The notes under the pieces are model-generated. The model saw only the letters and a program-made list of their open reading frames with translations. It had not been told where the DNA came from and did no database searches. A program made the translations under genes and the position numbers. Shown here in pieces: positions 35,131-49,831 of a stretch of DNA of 64,000 bases. Within the stretch, counting starts at the first letter, position 1. The number at the start of each line of letters is the position of its first letter. Origin of the DNA: Octopus sinensis (lineage: Eukaryota); NCBI RefSeq assembly GCF_006345805.1, contig NC_042998.1, positions 169,756,001 to 169,820,000 on the forward strand. Direction: 5' to 3'.

Positions 35131-35557
35131 GGCATAGGAGTGGCTGTGTGGTAAGTAGTTCCTTACGAACCACATGGTCCCGGGTTCAATTCCACTGCGT
35201 GGCACCTTGGGCAAGTGTCTTCTACTATAGTCTCGGGCCAACCAAAGCCTTGTGAGTGGATTTGGTAGACGGAAACTGAAAGAGGTCCATCGTATATATG
35301 TATATATATGTGTATATATATATATATATAATATATATATGTGTATGTGTGTGTGTGTGTCTGTGTTTGTCCCCTCAGCATCGCTTGACCAATGCTGGTG
35401 AGTTTACATCCCCGTGACTTAGTGGTTCGGCAAAAGAGACCGATAGAATAAGTACTAGGCTTACAAAGAATAAGTCCTGGGGTCGATTTGCTCGACTAAA
35501 GGTGGTGCTCCAGCATGGCCACAGTCAAATGACTGAAACAAGTAAAAGAGTAAAGAG
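35131..35557 (+). mobile_element. SINE family A
   Basis: Full-length match. Confidence 0.88.
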
Positions 35558-35818
35558 CAAAATGAGAGTATAAAAGCGTAAAATCTATTTCTTAAATTTT
35601 AGTTGTATTTAATTGATACTCAGCCAAAAATAGCTGCCAGTAAGAACAAAAAAGAGAGAGAGTTTAAATTAACCTAAGCAAAATTCAGAAACAACAGACT
35701 AAATATATGTATAGTTGTTATTAAATGCATTTAATCAGATATGTGAAAAGGCAACAAAAATACCAAAATCTGGAAGTGAAGAAAAAAAAAAGTCTGGAAT
35801 TGGTGGAGGCTGATAGAC

Positions 35819-35851
<33 letters not shown>

Positions 35852-36784
35852 AGTCTATCTCAAAATGCTGACTTGTCTCTACTTACTCCCACTTCCTCAT
35901 CACTTGTCTTCTTCCTTCCTATTCCAGTACAATAATGCTCAAACATTTTCCTGACTGACAGTTTACAAAACATAAAGTGTACTTCCTGTGGGGGTGTTCC
36001 TCTTGTCATTAACCATAGTTCAATGGAAGAGGAAGGGAGAGAAAGAAAATTATATATACAGTGATAGTATCCAAAAGGGATTTAAAATAAACCATCCCTG
36101 AAAATAAATGCTTAGTAACAAATACCACCAACCACCTAAACATGATAGTTTAGTATTGAATATTTCCCTAAAATATATATTTTTGTAAGTCTTTAGAGTG
36201 ATGTAGAAAATCTGTCTGCAAGAATTAATGTGGTAATTCATATATTTTGATATGAATTAATAATAGGAAAGAGAAGAAAATTTGGAAATAGCCTAACAAT
36301 ATGGAATTTTTTGTGGCTTGTGTCAAGGTGTTGTGAAAATATATTACTTGTAATCTCTAATCTCTGTTTATTCTGAATGTTTTATTTTTTTCTGTAAAGA
36401 TTAGGTACAAATCTGGCTGTGTGGTATGAAATTTGTTTCTCAATCACATGGTTTTTGGGTTCACAGTGTGGCACCTTGGGTAAGTGCCTTCTACTACAGC
36501 CTTCAGAACAACAAAAATCTTGAGTAGATTTGGTAGAGAGAAACTGAAAGTAGCTGATTGTATATATTTGCATGTGCCCAAGTGTGTGTGTTTGTTTGTG
36601 TCTCCTTGTTTTGATATCGAATTCTAATTCTAAATGAGTATCAGTCCATTCTGCAAAACTACAGTTATGGGAAAATATTACCTTGTTTGGAAACAGGTGA
36701 TTGTAGTAAAAATCAGTCTCAATAAACTCTGATTTGTGCAAGAATTGAAAAGTGAATGCTAAAACAATGATGAAGAAAACAATG

Positions 36785-36797
36785 ACAGTGAGTGTGA

Positions 36798-36863
<66 letters not shown>
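36785..36863. repeat. (TG)n(AG)n compound microsatellite
   Basis: Direct reading. Confidence 0.95.
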
Positions 36864-36865
<2 letters not shown>

Positions 36866-38510
36866 CAGGTGTCAAAGAAGATGTACACAGAATTTTGTAG
36901 AGTTTAAATAAGAATTCATTTGCTTGTAAATAAAATAAGTCTGACAGCATTATCAATAAAACTTCTAAAAAATTGATGATAATAATTTTGAAAATATTTC
37001 TCATTAGGATAGCTAAAGAACAATGAAACAAAAATAAATGAAGATTGGTAAAATAACAATAAAAATAAAACCAAGTTTCTGCTTACTTATAGATTCAAGA
37101 TAACTTCAAACAAATGAGAAATTGCAGAGTGGCATGTAATTTATTTATATATATATATATACAGCTAAGCTAAATATGATTAATTGATAACTACAATGAG
37201 AGACTTAAAAACAGATGTTGAAAATTCGAAACAAGACGAATTTGAAAATATTTTCTAATCTCATGAGTAGATTATATCACAGTAAATTTGTTCAGGCTTT
37301 TATTTTTGATATATAAAGTATATATTTTTGTAACTTAGCTATCTACAAAATTAATAAAATTGGATTCGTTTCTTTCATCAGATGACTCCTTTCCTATAGT
37401 ACTACTATTTATAGTACATCTATATATATCTCATTTGTTTATTTTTCTCATCTTATTTGTGTTATCATGCACAGACCCATCTTCACAATTCTTATATCTC
37501 TGAATTAATTTTCTGTTATATCTCTAAAATTGCCATTGTATGTCTAGAGTCACTGGAAAGAAGGTTACAATAACCATTAGAAGTTATTGCTGCTCTTCCC
37601 AAACCATCTGTAACCCTTGAAACAACTACAGAATGTGGAGTAACAATTGATCCAAGTAACAAACATTATAAAATCAATGTTTTTCAGCATACAAGTTGAA
37701 TGTTGCAGACCAAAATTTGCAACCAAAAAAGATAGATTCACTGTGGAAGAACCAAAGATCCAATGTGAAATACAGCAAGATTTGGAAAGGTAGTGACGAT
37801 GTTTAAATGTTTACACTATATATACTACATTGACTAGTATGATTGAAAATATGGTATTTATTTTCAAATCTATATACTCCTAAAACTTTGTGATTGCTTG
37901 CTTGCTTGTCTGTACTTTAATACAGCGAAACCACCACATAATGGGGAAAATATTCCGAAAGTAAGGTACCTCTGAAATGTGAATACAAATGGAAAAAAAG
38001 AAATTTCATGTAAATCAGATCATGGATTCCCGAGATACGCAGTTTTTTGGGGTACCTTCATAAATAGCCAAAATGGCGCATAATGGGAATATACTCTGAA
38101 AGTAACATAACTCTGAAATGGGAACACATGATACTGTCTAAAATTGTTTTCATTAATTTTATGCTTACGTTATATAACAATTCCTTTTGCATTTTTGTAG
38201 AAGTGTGCACATGTGCCATAAATAAATGCTGTTACTGGAGTTCAAGTTTATCTTAGAAGTTCTAATTCTATTAGATGCTGTAAATAATCAATAAAACCTT
38301 AAACATGAACCTTGTAAACCAGACCTATGTGGGAATATTTAACTGAATCATCATAAAATTAACTTTCCTTTCAATGCAATGTTGAAATCAGCTTCAATGA
38401 TTTATAACCTGAGCTGTCAGTGACCCAATGAGTAGTCTAGTTTTTAAATATTCATGAAAAATTTGCAATAATAAATGTAACTTTGTAAAAAAATAACAGC
38501 TGTCAACAAA

Positions 38511-38803
38511 GGCGTAGGAGTGGCTGCGTGGTAAATAACTTGCTTAGGAACCACATGGTTCCGGGGTTCAGTCTTCTGACCAAAGCCTTGTGATAGGATT
38601 TGGCAGATGGAAACTGAAAGAAGCCTGTCGTATATATGTTTGTACCCCCAACATCGCTTGACAACTGATGCTGGTGTATTTACGTCCCCGTAACTTAGCG
38701 GTTCGGCAAAAAGAGACCGATAGAATAAGTACTAGGCTTACAAAGAATAAAGGCAGTGCTCCAGCATGGCCACAGTCAAATGACTGAAACAATTAAAGAA
38801 TAA
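38511..38803 (+). mobile_element. SINE family A, internally deleted
   Basis: Head and tail present, CORE part missing. Confidence 0.85.
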
Positions 38804-39675
38804 ACTCCATATTTTCCACAGGTTTGTGCTAATTTATGAAGCATATATAGAAATTATACAGGCATTGGAGTAATGGAAATTCCTTGTAGTATTTCCTCTT
38901 CATGTTCCAGATCGAAATCATACCAGGGAAGGGATCAATTCAATCAAATTACTAATTTATGTATTTGTGCTCAGTTTAAGAAATCCTCATTATTATTAGG
39001 TAGTGTGGTATTTATTTGTTCCTACTCTTTACATTATGAGTTCAAATCCAGCTGAAGCCAACTTTATCTTTTGTCTTTCCAGATTGAATAAAGTACATAC
39101 CACCAGCCAAGTTTTGGATTTGATGGAAATGATTAACCCCAACCCCTCAAAATGGCTGACCATTTACTTAAATTAGAAACCATTATTATAATCATTAGGA
39201 CAGTGGGTTGTTAGAAACATTAGAATGCTGAAAAAAATATCTTACAGTATTTCTTTTGGATCTTTACATACCGAGTTCAAATCCCACTGACGTCAACTTT
39301 GCATTTTATCCTTTCAGGTTTAATAAACTAGTTTCAGTCTAGAACTGGGAATGATGGTGTTGACTTACTCCCTGCTCTCAAAATTGCTGGCCTTGTGCCT
39401 ATAGTAGAAAGTGTTATTATTATTATTATTATGGCAGCTAGTTGGTAAACTTAGTAGAGCATTAGAAAATATGCTTTGTGATATTTGTTCTGGCTCTTTA
39501 CATTTTGAGCTCAAATCCTATCAAGGTCAACTTTGTTTTTCATCCTTTCGAGGCCGACAAAAAAAAAACAATTAAATACTGGGGTCACTGTAATCAACTA
39601 ACATCCCTCCCACTAAAATTGATTGCCTTTATGCCAAATTTAGAAAGAATTCTTCTTATGATTATTATTATTATT

Positions 39676-40062
39676 AGGTGTAGGTGTGGTAAGTACCTTG
39701 CTTACCAACCACATGGTTCCGGGTTCAGTCCCACTGTGTGGCATCTTGGGTAAGTGTCTTCTACTACAGCCTCGGGCCAACCAAAGCCTTGTGAGTGGAT
39801 TTGGTAGATGGAAACTGAAAGAAGCCCGTCGTATATATATATGTATGTATGTGTATATGTTTGTGTGTCTGTATTTGTCCCTCCAATATCGCTTGACAAC
39901 TGATGCTGGTGTGTTTACGTCCCTGTAACTTAGCGGTTTGGCAAAAGTGACTGATAGAATAAATACTAGGCTTACAAGGAATAAGTCCTGGGGTTGATTG
40001 GCTCGACTAAAGGCGGTGCTCCAGCATGGCCACAGTCACATGACTGAAACAAGTAAAAGAGT
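39676..40062 (+). mobile_element. SINE family A
   Basis: Full-length match; a further degraded copy at ~40415-40732. Confidence 0.85.
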
Positions 40063-40510
40063 ATTATCATTAGCAGAATCAGTAGAACTAGGGAAAAAAA
40101 TTTCTTCTAGTATTTAGTTATGTCCCTTTAAATTCTGATTTCAAATTCTACTGTGGTCTAAGAAATATATGTACCAGTGAAATTCGTAGTCTTGCACCTA
40201 TACTAGAAATTTTTATCAGTATATATTAGTGCAGTGAAAAAGCAGAATCACTTGAGCATAAGCCAAAATATCTTGTGGTTATTGCTCATAGCTCTTTATA
40301 GTCTGAGTTCAAATCTTGCCACAGTCAACTTTACCTTTTTCTTCCTCTGGGGTTGATAAGATACAGTTCTAGTCTTATTTTGAGGTTGATATAATTAACC
40401 CCATCTCATGGTTCCTGGCTCAATTTCACTGCATGAGACTTTGGGCAAGTGTCTTTTACTATAGCTTCGGGCCGACCAATGCTTTGTGAGTGAATTCAGT
40501 AGACAGAAGC

Positions 40511-40548
<38 letters not shown>

Positions 40549-41074
40549 AATATGTTTGTGTATGTGTATGTGTGTTTTCCCTCCCCACCACGCATCACTT
40601 GACAACTGATAGAATAAGTACTAGGCTTACAATGAATAAGTCCTGGGGGGGCGATTTCTTCAACTAAAAACCCTTTAAGACAGTGTTCCAGTATGGCTGC
40701 AGTCAAATTACTGAAACAAGTAAAAGAATAAAACAATTAGTTATTAGGGTAGTGAGTAACAGAAATGGTACAGTGTTTGCATTTTAATTAACCCTGAGGC
40801 AGTGTTTGATCAAACAGCAGCAGTGATGTAACATACATACAATTCACTTTAACCCTTCGTGATCATATGCCAAAAATAAACTTTCCTTATCATTTCAACT
40901 GGTGCTGAAGGATCTCTGGAGAAACATTACTCAACAGGGTGTGTACTTCAGAGATTAGGCTGTTTCTCCAGGTCATGCTGCTATTTCTCTGCATTGAGAA
41001 ATCACAGGAAAGAATTGAAGGATTCTTCAAGCTGATCCAACCAGCAGGTTTACCTAAGAACAGATCAAGAACAG

Positions 41075-41392
41075 TGAAGGTGTGTGGCTTAGTGGTTAGG
41101 GTATTTGGCTTATGAATTTGGTTCAGTTCCTGGCAACATGTGTCCTTGAGCAAGATGCTTTATTTCATGTTGCTCTAGTCCACTCAGCTGGCAAAAATAA
41201 GTAGTACCTGTATTTCAAAGGGCCAGCCTTGTCACTTTATGTGTCACGCTGAATCTCTCTGAGAACTACATTAAGGATACATATGTCTGTGGAGTGCTCA
41301 GCCACTTGCACATTAATTTCCCTAGCAGGCTGTTCCATTGATCGGATCAACTGGAACCCACATCGTCATAACTGATGGAGACCTAGAAGAAG
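41075..41392 (+). mobile_element. tRNA-derived SINE, third family
   Basis: TGGCTTAGTGGTTAG A box, ggttcagttcc B box, ccttgagcaag core. Minus fragments at ~56180-56450 and ~63780-63940. Confidence 0.75.
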
Positions 41393-43657
41393 ATGATTGG
41401 ATAATAGCCATAGTCTCAGTTGGTCATGCTTGATAATCCAGCCAGAGAGACTAATGATGGTGGCTTCAGATAGGATCCTACAGAGGAGGTGCCATGACTT
41501 CTTCCAAGAATAATTCACAGAGAAGATGGATAACTAGTTACAGTTGGTGGGAGATGACAAAACTGGTAGAGTGTTTTGTAATATTTAGTTTCTTTTATGT
41601 CCTGAATCAAGTCTTATCAGTGGTTTCTCTCGTGGTTAAGAAATTAAAATAAATACTGGAAATATTGCAAAATCAATTCAACCAACTTTAACCTTAACCC
41701 ATTAATAATATATGCAACTATTTCATGAATCAATGAGGGAACCTCTATGTGGTCATTCGAGCTGGTAAAATTGTTAGCATCTTTCCATTCTGAGGTTCAA
41801 ATGCTTCTGAGGTTAACTTTGCCTTTCATCCTTTTGGAGTTCAAGAAATAAGTACCAGTTGTACACTGGGGGTTAATGTAATCGATTAGTCCCTTCCCCC
41901 TAGATTTCAGGCCTTGTGTCTATAGTAGAAAAGATTATTATTTTTATTATTAGGGTGGTGTATTGGCAGTATCTGTAGTACTGGAGAGAATACCTTGTGG
42001 TACTTATTCCAGTTCTTAACATTCTGGGTTCAAATCCCGCAAAATTCAGCTTTATATTTCAATCTTCTGGGGAGAATAGAATAAAATAGCAGTCAACCGT
42101 TGAGGGTCAAAATAATCAACTAACTTCTCACCTCACAAATTTCTAGCCTTTTCTTTATGTCAGAAAGCTATTATCAGTGTGGTGACTGGCAATCAGTAAA
42201 GACTCAAAAAAATCTAGTAGAATTTTTTCTTGCAAAAATGTAAGTTTAAAGATACAGTATTTAAAAAAAAAAATATGTATAGGTGCATATGAGTATATAC
42301 TCAAATGCATGCACACACACATACACATACATCTGTATAGTACTTAATGCAAATAGATTCAGGGGAATACATCTAATGGATATACTGTTATTAAATAACA
42401 CAAAAATATATATATATATAGTATACAAGTCAAGTTTTTCAGACCAAAATTTACAGCCCCAAGATGGTAGACCACTTTGGAAGACCAAGAATCCCATGTG
42501 AAACGCAACAAGATTTTGAAAGATAGTACAGATGTTTGAACGTTTTCACTACATGCTTACACTATATATTACATCAACTTGTATGCCAGAAGAAAATAGT
42601 TCAGAAGCAGAGAAGAGAATGTTAGATGCGTATTTATGTTACTTTGGGGTTTGTCAGTAGTATATACTCACTGGCAACCCTATGTTAAAATAAAATCCGT
42701 ATTCACTGATAGAAAAAAAACAGTGATTGAGAAAAAAAAAGAAACTTGCACTGATGTTGCAATTAGCTGCCTATCTGAATAAAAGTTTATGTGCAACAGA
42801 AGCAGTATTAGATTAAAATAGTTATCTGTGTATCATCACTTGGTAGAAATGTGCATTGAACACTCACCACTGATGGTGGATGATGGTGGATATCTGCTGC
42901 TGATATATTTTTGTGTTATTTAACACAGTATATCCAGAAGAAATATTTCTTGTTTTTTTTTTGTGATGTATTTGCCTTAAGTATGATATACAGAAGGCTA
43001 TTTTAATCTAATACTGCTTTTGTTGTGCATAACACACACAGACACATGTACACAAACATCAATTGAAGAGAACCAAGCTAAAGCAGCTTGCTGAAAAAAG
43101 ATCAAAACTAACAATTTATCTTCAACTACTAAGTCTAATGTTTAACTACAAATGGAAACTGAAGCTATATCAAGAGAATGAAATGAAATAAAAATTATTG
43201 AGGAAAGCCAGTGGGGAAAGAAAAAACAAACTAAAAATATGGTTTACATTAAAGCAAGCCAGAATAACCTTTACAATCCTTTAACTTCAACCATTTGATA
43301 TTCTTGAATCTATCTAGGTAGGAAGTAAGTGATATTTGATAGTTCAGCACAGGTTTCTCTACAAAGGAGAATAGCAAACAGAATACATTTTCGAATCTGT
43401 ACTTCTGCAAGTAATACTTACAAAGTTATTGAGATAGAAATAAACAGAAACAAATGAAAGAGCAAGTGGGAAAAAACCCCCGAACATTCAAACTAACAAT
43501 AATTCTATAGTCAATAGGAAATATAAAACTCTAATGAGACCATCAATCACAGATGAAATATAATATAATTAAATATCTTAAAAGTCTAATAATCTTGATA
43601 TTCCTTTTTATATACCTTTCATTAGCATCCATTGCTTTAATGTCATTCTAAACTTAA

Positions 43658-43879
43658 CCCTTTAGATACCAACCCAGCTGAAACTGCCTCTGGCTCTGTA
43701 GTACAAATGTCTTGTTTTCCTAAATTTTGAATTAAAATCTTCCACTAAACCTTAGTCATAATTTATGTTCCTAACACTAGCTTAATGATAACTGAGTTAT
43801 TTTACTAAATTCTTTGTTATATTTAAAATTAATTGAAAGAATCAAAGACTATCTCAAAATAAATACAGTAACGAAAGGG
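43658..43879. mobile_element. piggyBac-type MITE sharing its end with 6964..8047
   Basis: TTAA|ccctttagatac...gtaacgaaaggg|TTAA. Confidence 0.85.
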
Positions 43880-44357
43880 TTAAACAAAATGAATGACTTT
43901 GTATGAATGAGAAGGATTTGTTAATTTAAATGTTAATAGATATCCTCAATAGAAAACAGCAGAAGAAATCGTTCTTAGAATGATAGAGGAGTATATGGTT
44001 CTTCAGTAGATATATGATCAAAAGGAATTTTAGGTGTGACCATTCCATCTTGGTTTTCTTTCTTTCAAATACTGTGTGAACCAATGTGCTTCTCCCTGTG
44101 CCAAGATGGTAGGGAAGAGTCTTCAGAAAATTTTGATGCTAATTCTAGAGACTTTAGCAACGAGAAGTTCCAGTGTTGATTTGCATACATTATAAATTGG
44201 ATTTACTAAAATATTTTCCCACTGTTGGCTGGTAATGGTACGAGAAAAATATCTAACTATATATATCTAACCATATATATATATATATATATATGATGAT
44301 ACATATATAGCTACATATCATCATCATATGTTAAATGATGATGATGATAACTATATA

Positions 44358-44584
44358 TTCTTTTACTGGTTTCAGTCATTTGACTGTAACCATGCTGGAG
44401 CACCACCTTCAGTTGAAAGAATCAACCCCCAGGACATTCTTTAGAGGCCTAGTAATTATTCTATCCATCTCTTTTGCTGAACTGCTAAGTTATAGGGATG
44501 TAAACACACCAACATCGGTTGTCAAGCGATGGTGGGGGGCATAAAAACAGACATATAAACATTATATATATGTATATGTATATA

Positions 44585-44634
<50 letters not shown>

Positions 44635-45131
44635 ACAGGCTTCTTTCAGTTTCTGTCTTCCAAATCCACTCACAAGGCTTTGGTTGGCTTGAGGCTATAG
44701 TAGAAAGCACTGGCCCAAGGTGCCATGTAGTAAGACTGAACCCTGAACCATGTGGTTGGGAAGCAAGCTTCTTACCACATAGCCACACAGGAGTGGTACC
44801 TTGGGCAAGTATCTTCTACTATAGCCTCGAGCCGACCAAAGCCTTGTGAGTGGATTTGGTAGATGGAAACTGAAAGAAGCCTGTTGTGTATGTATCTATC
44901 TATATATATATATATGTATTTGTGTGTCTGTGTTTGTCCCCCCACCACTGCTTGACACCAATGTTGGTGTGTTTAACACCAATGTTGGTGTGTTTACATT
45001 CCTGTAACTTAACAAAAGAGACTGATAAAATAAATACTAGGCTTATGAAGAATAAGTCCTGGGGTTGATTTGTTTGACTAAAGGCAGTGCTCCAGCATGG
45101 CCGCAGTCAAATAGCTGAAACAAGTAAAAGA
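44358..45131. mobile_element. two abutting SINE A copies, head-to-head (- then +)
   Basis: Minus copy to ~44787; 5'-truncated plus copy from ~44788. Confidence 0.8.
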
Positions 45132-46926
45132 AAATATATATATATATTGTATGCAGGCTAAATAGTCAGTATCCATAATGAAATATAAGATTATCTTGGA
45201 ATTAAATAGAAGTTGAACACTTTTCTTTCAAATGATTCAGAATAATTTTTTAAACATTTCAGCTACATTACATAGCTGAACTCAAAGTAGTATATATGTC
45301 TACAAAATTTTTCATTACCTTTCATGTGTGTGTGTGTGTGTGTGAGTTGAAAGTTGTTCTCTATTCTAGTTTAGGTTACACTTATAAAATGATATATCTT
45401 TAAAAAAAATCTTAACTATATATATGTGGTCTTATACTTAAGCTATACCCTACACACACACACACACATTTTTGCGTATGTACATATATATATATATATA
45501 TATATACATACACACACACACACACACAGAAAAGAGAGCAGGTCTAACCTCACAGCAGAAAATCATCTATGGAAAAGATAAAATGATATGACAAAACACC
45601 AATACAAAAGACAAACAAAAAAAGGTGTTGTTATGCCTCTCTGAAGAATAAGTGTTAATACAAATAAAATGTATTTAAAAAAATAAACCTGTTCAGTATT
45701 TTCTTGGTTTTAGATTCGTTCCAAGACATTTCTAACATGGAAGCGAGAAGTGCTTTATTATCTGATCATTTTCTGTGACCAACCCAAACACAAGGGGTAA
45801 AGAATAATGGCAAAGGGAGGAATAGCTTAAGATAATAACTCTTGTAGTTCCAACCGAATGACAGTTGAATATGTAGATTTTCTACAGATTACACACATAC
45901 ATAATGTGTGTGTGTAAATATATATGTGATGTGTATGTAAATATATACACACACATACCTTATATATATGTTTATATATATATATATATATACATACATA
46001 CATACAAGCATACATACATACACACACAAATACATACACACAAACACACTCACATCATAATTACATATAATGAAGTAGCAGCTGTTTTCCTGAATCAAGA
46101 TCTTATCCTATAATATAACCAGAAATAATTTGGAAGGATTATTTAGTGAAAACATCATACTAGAAAACTACTAGCACCTAATGTATATAAGTATGAAGGA
46201 AAATATTATTGGGAGGGCTTTGTATGGAAAAAGAAAATAAAGTACATCTGAAATATGGTGGTCTAATGGAAGCGGTCTTTGGTTATACAACTAACTACCA
46301 CAATAATTTGTTTTTTTAACACCATGCATGAGTTTTAACCTGAGAGAGAGAGGGAAATTAAGGAGAGAAAGAGAGAGAGAATGAGTGAAGTGGAGGGAGG
46401 AAAGATGAAAAATGTTAAGGCATGTAAAACAAGCAGAGTTGTCCTGTGACTTAAGTCAACATAAATGTTGTGAAACTCATCTTGGGGCCATTGACTAACA
46501 TAGTCAAACAATTATTCCTAGGGAAAATTCTTCAAATTCTGTTCAGGCAGCTATATATATATGTATATATATGGTGTTGTGGCACAAGCCTTACTGTTGG
46601 ATACTTCTGGAAATATACCATGTAAGAAAAATGTTTTGTATTATTTCTAATTAGCTAATAAATTAATCCCAGTCTATAAAAATAAATGCTATCAGCTTCA
46701 GACAACAGGGTATTTAAATTTTACTTATCTTCACTGTATGTTACCAAGATAAAGCCAATATTTTTGGCATTTGGAACATAGCCTAAGAATGAAATCAGTC
46801 AGCAATACATTTAACATTTCTTTGACTTAGACAATTTACACATTAGAAAATTATTTACAAAAGGTTCTGCGTTAAAATTAATTTTCATTATGATCATAAG
46901 TTTAGAAAGGGTTTTATTAAAATATC

Positions 46927-46976
<50 letters not shown>

Positions 46977-46989
46977 GAGACCTACTGAG

Positions 46990-47338
46990 TCAAGTACATC
47001 ATCAAAAAATCAAATGGAAATTGTAGTTGTGATACCTGTGCCAGTGGCACATAAAAAGCACCATCCAAACGTGGCCGATGCCAGTGCCACCTTGACCGGC
47101 TTCCGTGCCGGTGGCATGTAAAAAGCACCAACCGATTGTGGCCGTTGCCAGCCTCCCCTGGCACCTGTGCCAGTGGCACATAAAAAGCACCCACTACACT
47201 CACAGAGTGGTTGGTGTTAGGAAGGACATCCAGCTGTAGAAACACCGCCAGATCAGACTGGAGCCTGGTGCAGCCTCCTAGCTTCCCAGACCCGGTTGAA
47301 CTGTCCAGCATGGAAAACGGACGTTAAACGATGATGAT
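46990..47338 (+). mobile_element. RTE 3'-UTR copy
   Basis: Same family; ends ggacgttaaacgatgatgat. Confidence 0.8.
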
Positions 47339-47810
47339 ATCTATATATATATATACGCGTGGGTGTATGGTAAGAAACTTGCATCCCAACCACATGCTTC
47401 CGGGTTCAGTCCCACTGCATGGCACCTTGGGCAAGTTTTTCTACTATAGCCTCAGGCTGACCAAAGCCTTATGAGTAGATTTGGTAGATGAAAACTGAAA
47501 GAAGCTTGTCATAACTATATATTCTTTTACTTGTTTCAGTTATTTGACTGTGTCCATGCTGGAGCACCACCTTGAAGGGTTTTAGTCGATCAAATCAACC
47601 CCAGGACTTACGTTTTTTAAACCTAGTACTTATTCTATTGGTCTCTTTTGCCAAGCTGCTAAGTTACAGGGACATAAACATACCAACACCAGTTGTCAAA
47701 TGGTGATAGTGGGGACAAACACAGACACAAAGACATACATGTAGCTTCAATTCAGTAAAAATTATAAGGGTTAACCCCTAGCAGGGTACTAAAGAAGTCT
47801 GTTATGTAAA

Positions 47811-47969
47811 CAGTCATGGACAATGTGTGGCCTGCAAGACTTTCTGAATGGCATGTCTAATGAGCATGCCTAACCAGAAATTGCTGTGAATCTTTTTAGT
47901 AGTATGGCCCACCTGATGATAAACCATGTCTTATGTGGCTCACTTCTAGAAAAATGTTGCCCATGCCTG
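47811..47969. mobile_element. hAT-like MITE
   Basis: Ends cagtcatggac/gcccatgcctg; relatives at ~3489-3620 and ~62968-63020; TSD not preserved. Confidence 0.5.
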
Positions 47970-48100
47970 AAATACAACTGTGTCCAATTTGAAGAGTTGT
48001 GCTTAAATACTGAGCAAGAGGTGAATGTTATATAAATAAACTAACTTGCAAACACAGCCTTGATTATATTAAGAGTGGGACAGTGGATATAAACATTATT

Positions 48101-48289
48101 AGGTGCAGGCATGGCTGTGTGGTAAGAAGCTTGCTTCCTAACCACATGGTTCTGGGTTCAGTCCCACAGCAAGACACCTTGGGCAAGTGTCTTCTACTAT
48201 AGCTTCAGGCTGACCAAAGCCTTGTGAGTGGATTTAGTAAATGGAAACTAAAAGAAACCTCGTGTGTATATATATATATACGTGTGTGT

Positions 48290-48321
<32 letters not shown>

Positions 48322-48518
48322 CTTCATGTCTGTGTTTGTCCCCAACCACTGCTTGACAACCAGTGTTGGCATGTTTATATCCCCATAAAAGAGAAAAACA
48401 GAACAAGTACTAGGCTTTAAAAAAATGTCTTGGGGCTCAATTTGTTCTACTGAAACCCTTCAAGGTGGTGCCCCAGTACGGCCACAGTCATATGATTGAA
48501 ACAAGTAAAACAAAAAGA
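48101..48518 (+). mobile_element. SINE family A
   Basis: Full-length match; fragments also at 47355-47750. Confidence 0.85.
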
Positions 48519-49468
48519 TTAAGTATCTAGTGTTAAGTGTAGTAGTTCAACTAGTGGGTGAGAGTTCAATCTCTGGGTCAGTCAAGTAATATATTTTCTG
48601 GTTCAAGTAAAAAAGAGGCGAGTAGATAGCTAACGGGAGAATATTCTTGGTATGGATAACAAAATGACAACAATCCATTCCACTCCTGTGGAATTTCATA
48701 AAGTGTTCAAGTAGAAATTCTGAGATATTACCAAATGTGACAAGTACTTGAAGTATGCTGGAGAATACAACAACCAAAATACTAAGACCAAGATGAGAAC
48801 TCTGAATATATCAGTTTATAACAACCAATGCAAAGCTAATGTGTGTATGTTGGTAGCATATTAATGAAGAATGTGGTAATACCATTACTTATCAAGACAC
48901 TGAAATACCTCAATTTATGAAAATTATATTATACACACACACACACACACACGCAAACACACATGCATACATACACACATACATAATTTTTAAAATATAA
49001 CAATACAATAGACCCTCTGTTCAACAGAAAATATCCACTAATAATGATCATGATAAAAACTCCATGATAAATAAAATATCATCAAGCTAAAATTACTGCC
49101 TCCAGTGAAATATTTTTGTAGGTAAGTGATAGTTTTGAATGAAATCAACTCCAGTATATTACTGGTATGTATTTTATTACCTGTGGATTGAATTCACAAT
49201 GTAGAAGGGCAAAGTCAAATATTGATTAATTCTCTCAAATTCTGAGTTTAAGCCTTACCAGGTTGGCAACTTTATAACACAACTTTCTGTCTATCACTCT
49301 CTCTTATGTATGCATGATGACAAAATAAACTATAGCACAAAACAACAAAATCTATTTTTTGCTGTTGTTTAGTAGTCAAGTACATCCAAAGTCAAAGTGG
49401 TCCAACCATGACCATCCCAACATATTTTCAGACAATATATTCAAGACCCCATCATTCAATATGCGTAT

Positions 49469-49831
49469 AGGCATAGGAGTGGCTGTGTGGTAAGTAGCTT
49501 GCTTATGAACCACATGGTTCTGGGTTCAGTCCCACAGTGTGGCACCTTGGGCAAGTGTCTTCAACTATAGCCTCGGGTCAACCAAAACCTTGTGAGTGGA
49601 TTTGGTAGAAGGAAACTGTATGTGTGTGTATATGTTTGTCCCCCCCAACATCGCTTGACAACCGATGCTGGTGTGTTTACGTCCCCGTAACTTAGTGGTT
49701 TGGCAAAAGAGACCAATAGAATAAGTACTAGGCTTACAAAGAATAAGTCCTGGGGTTGATTTGCTTGACTAAAGGCGGTGCTCCAGCATGGCCACAGTCA
49801 AATGACTGAAACAAGTAAAAGAGTAAAGAGT
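49469..49831 (+). mobile_element. SINE family A
   Basis: Full-length match. Confidence 0.88.
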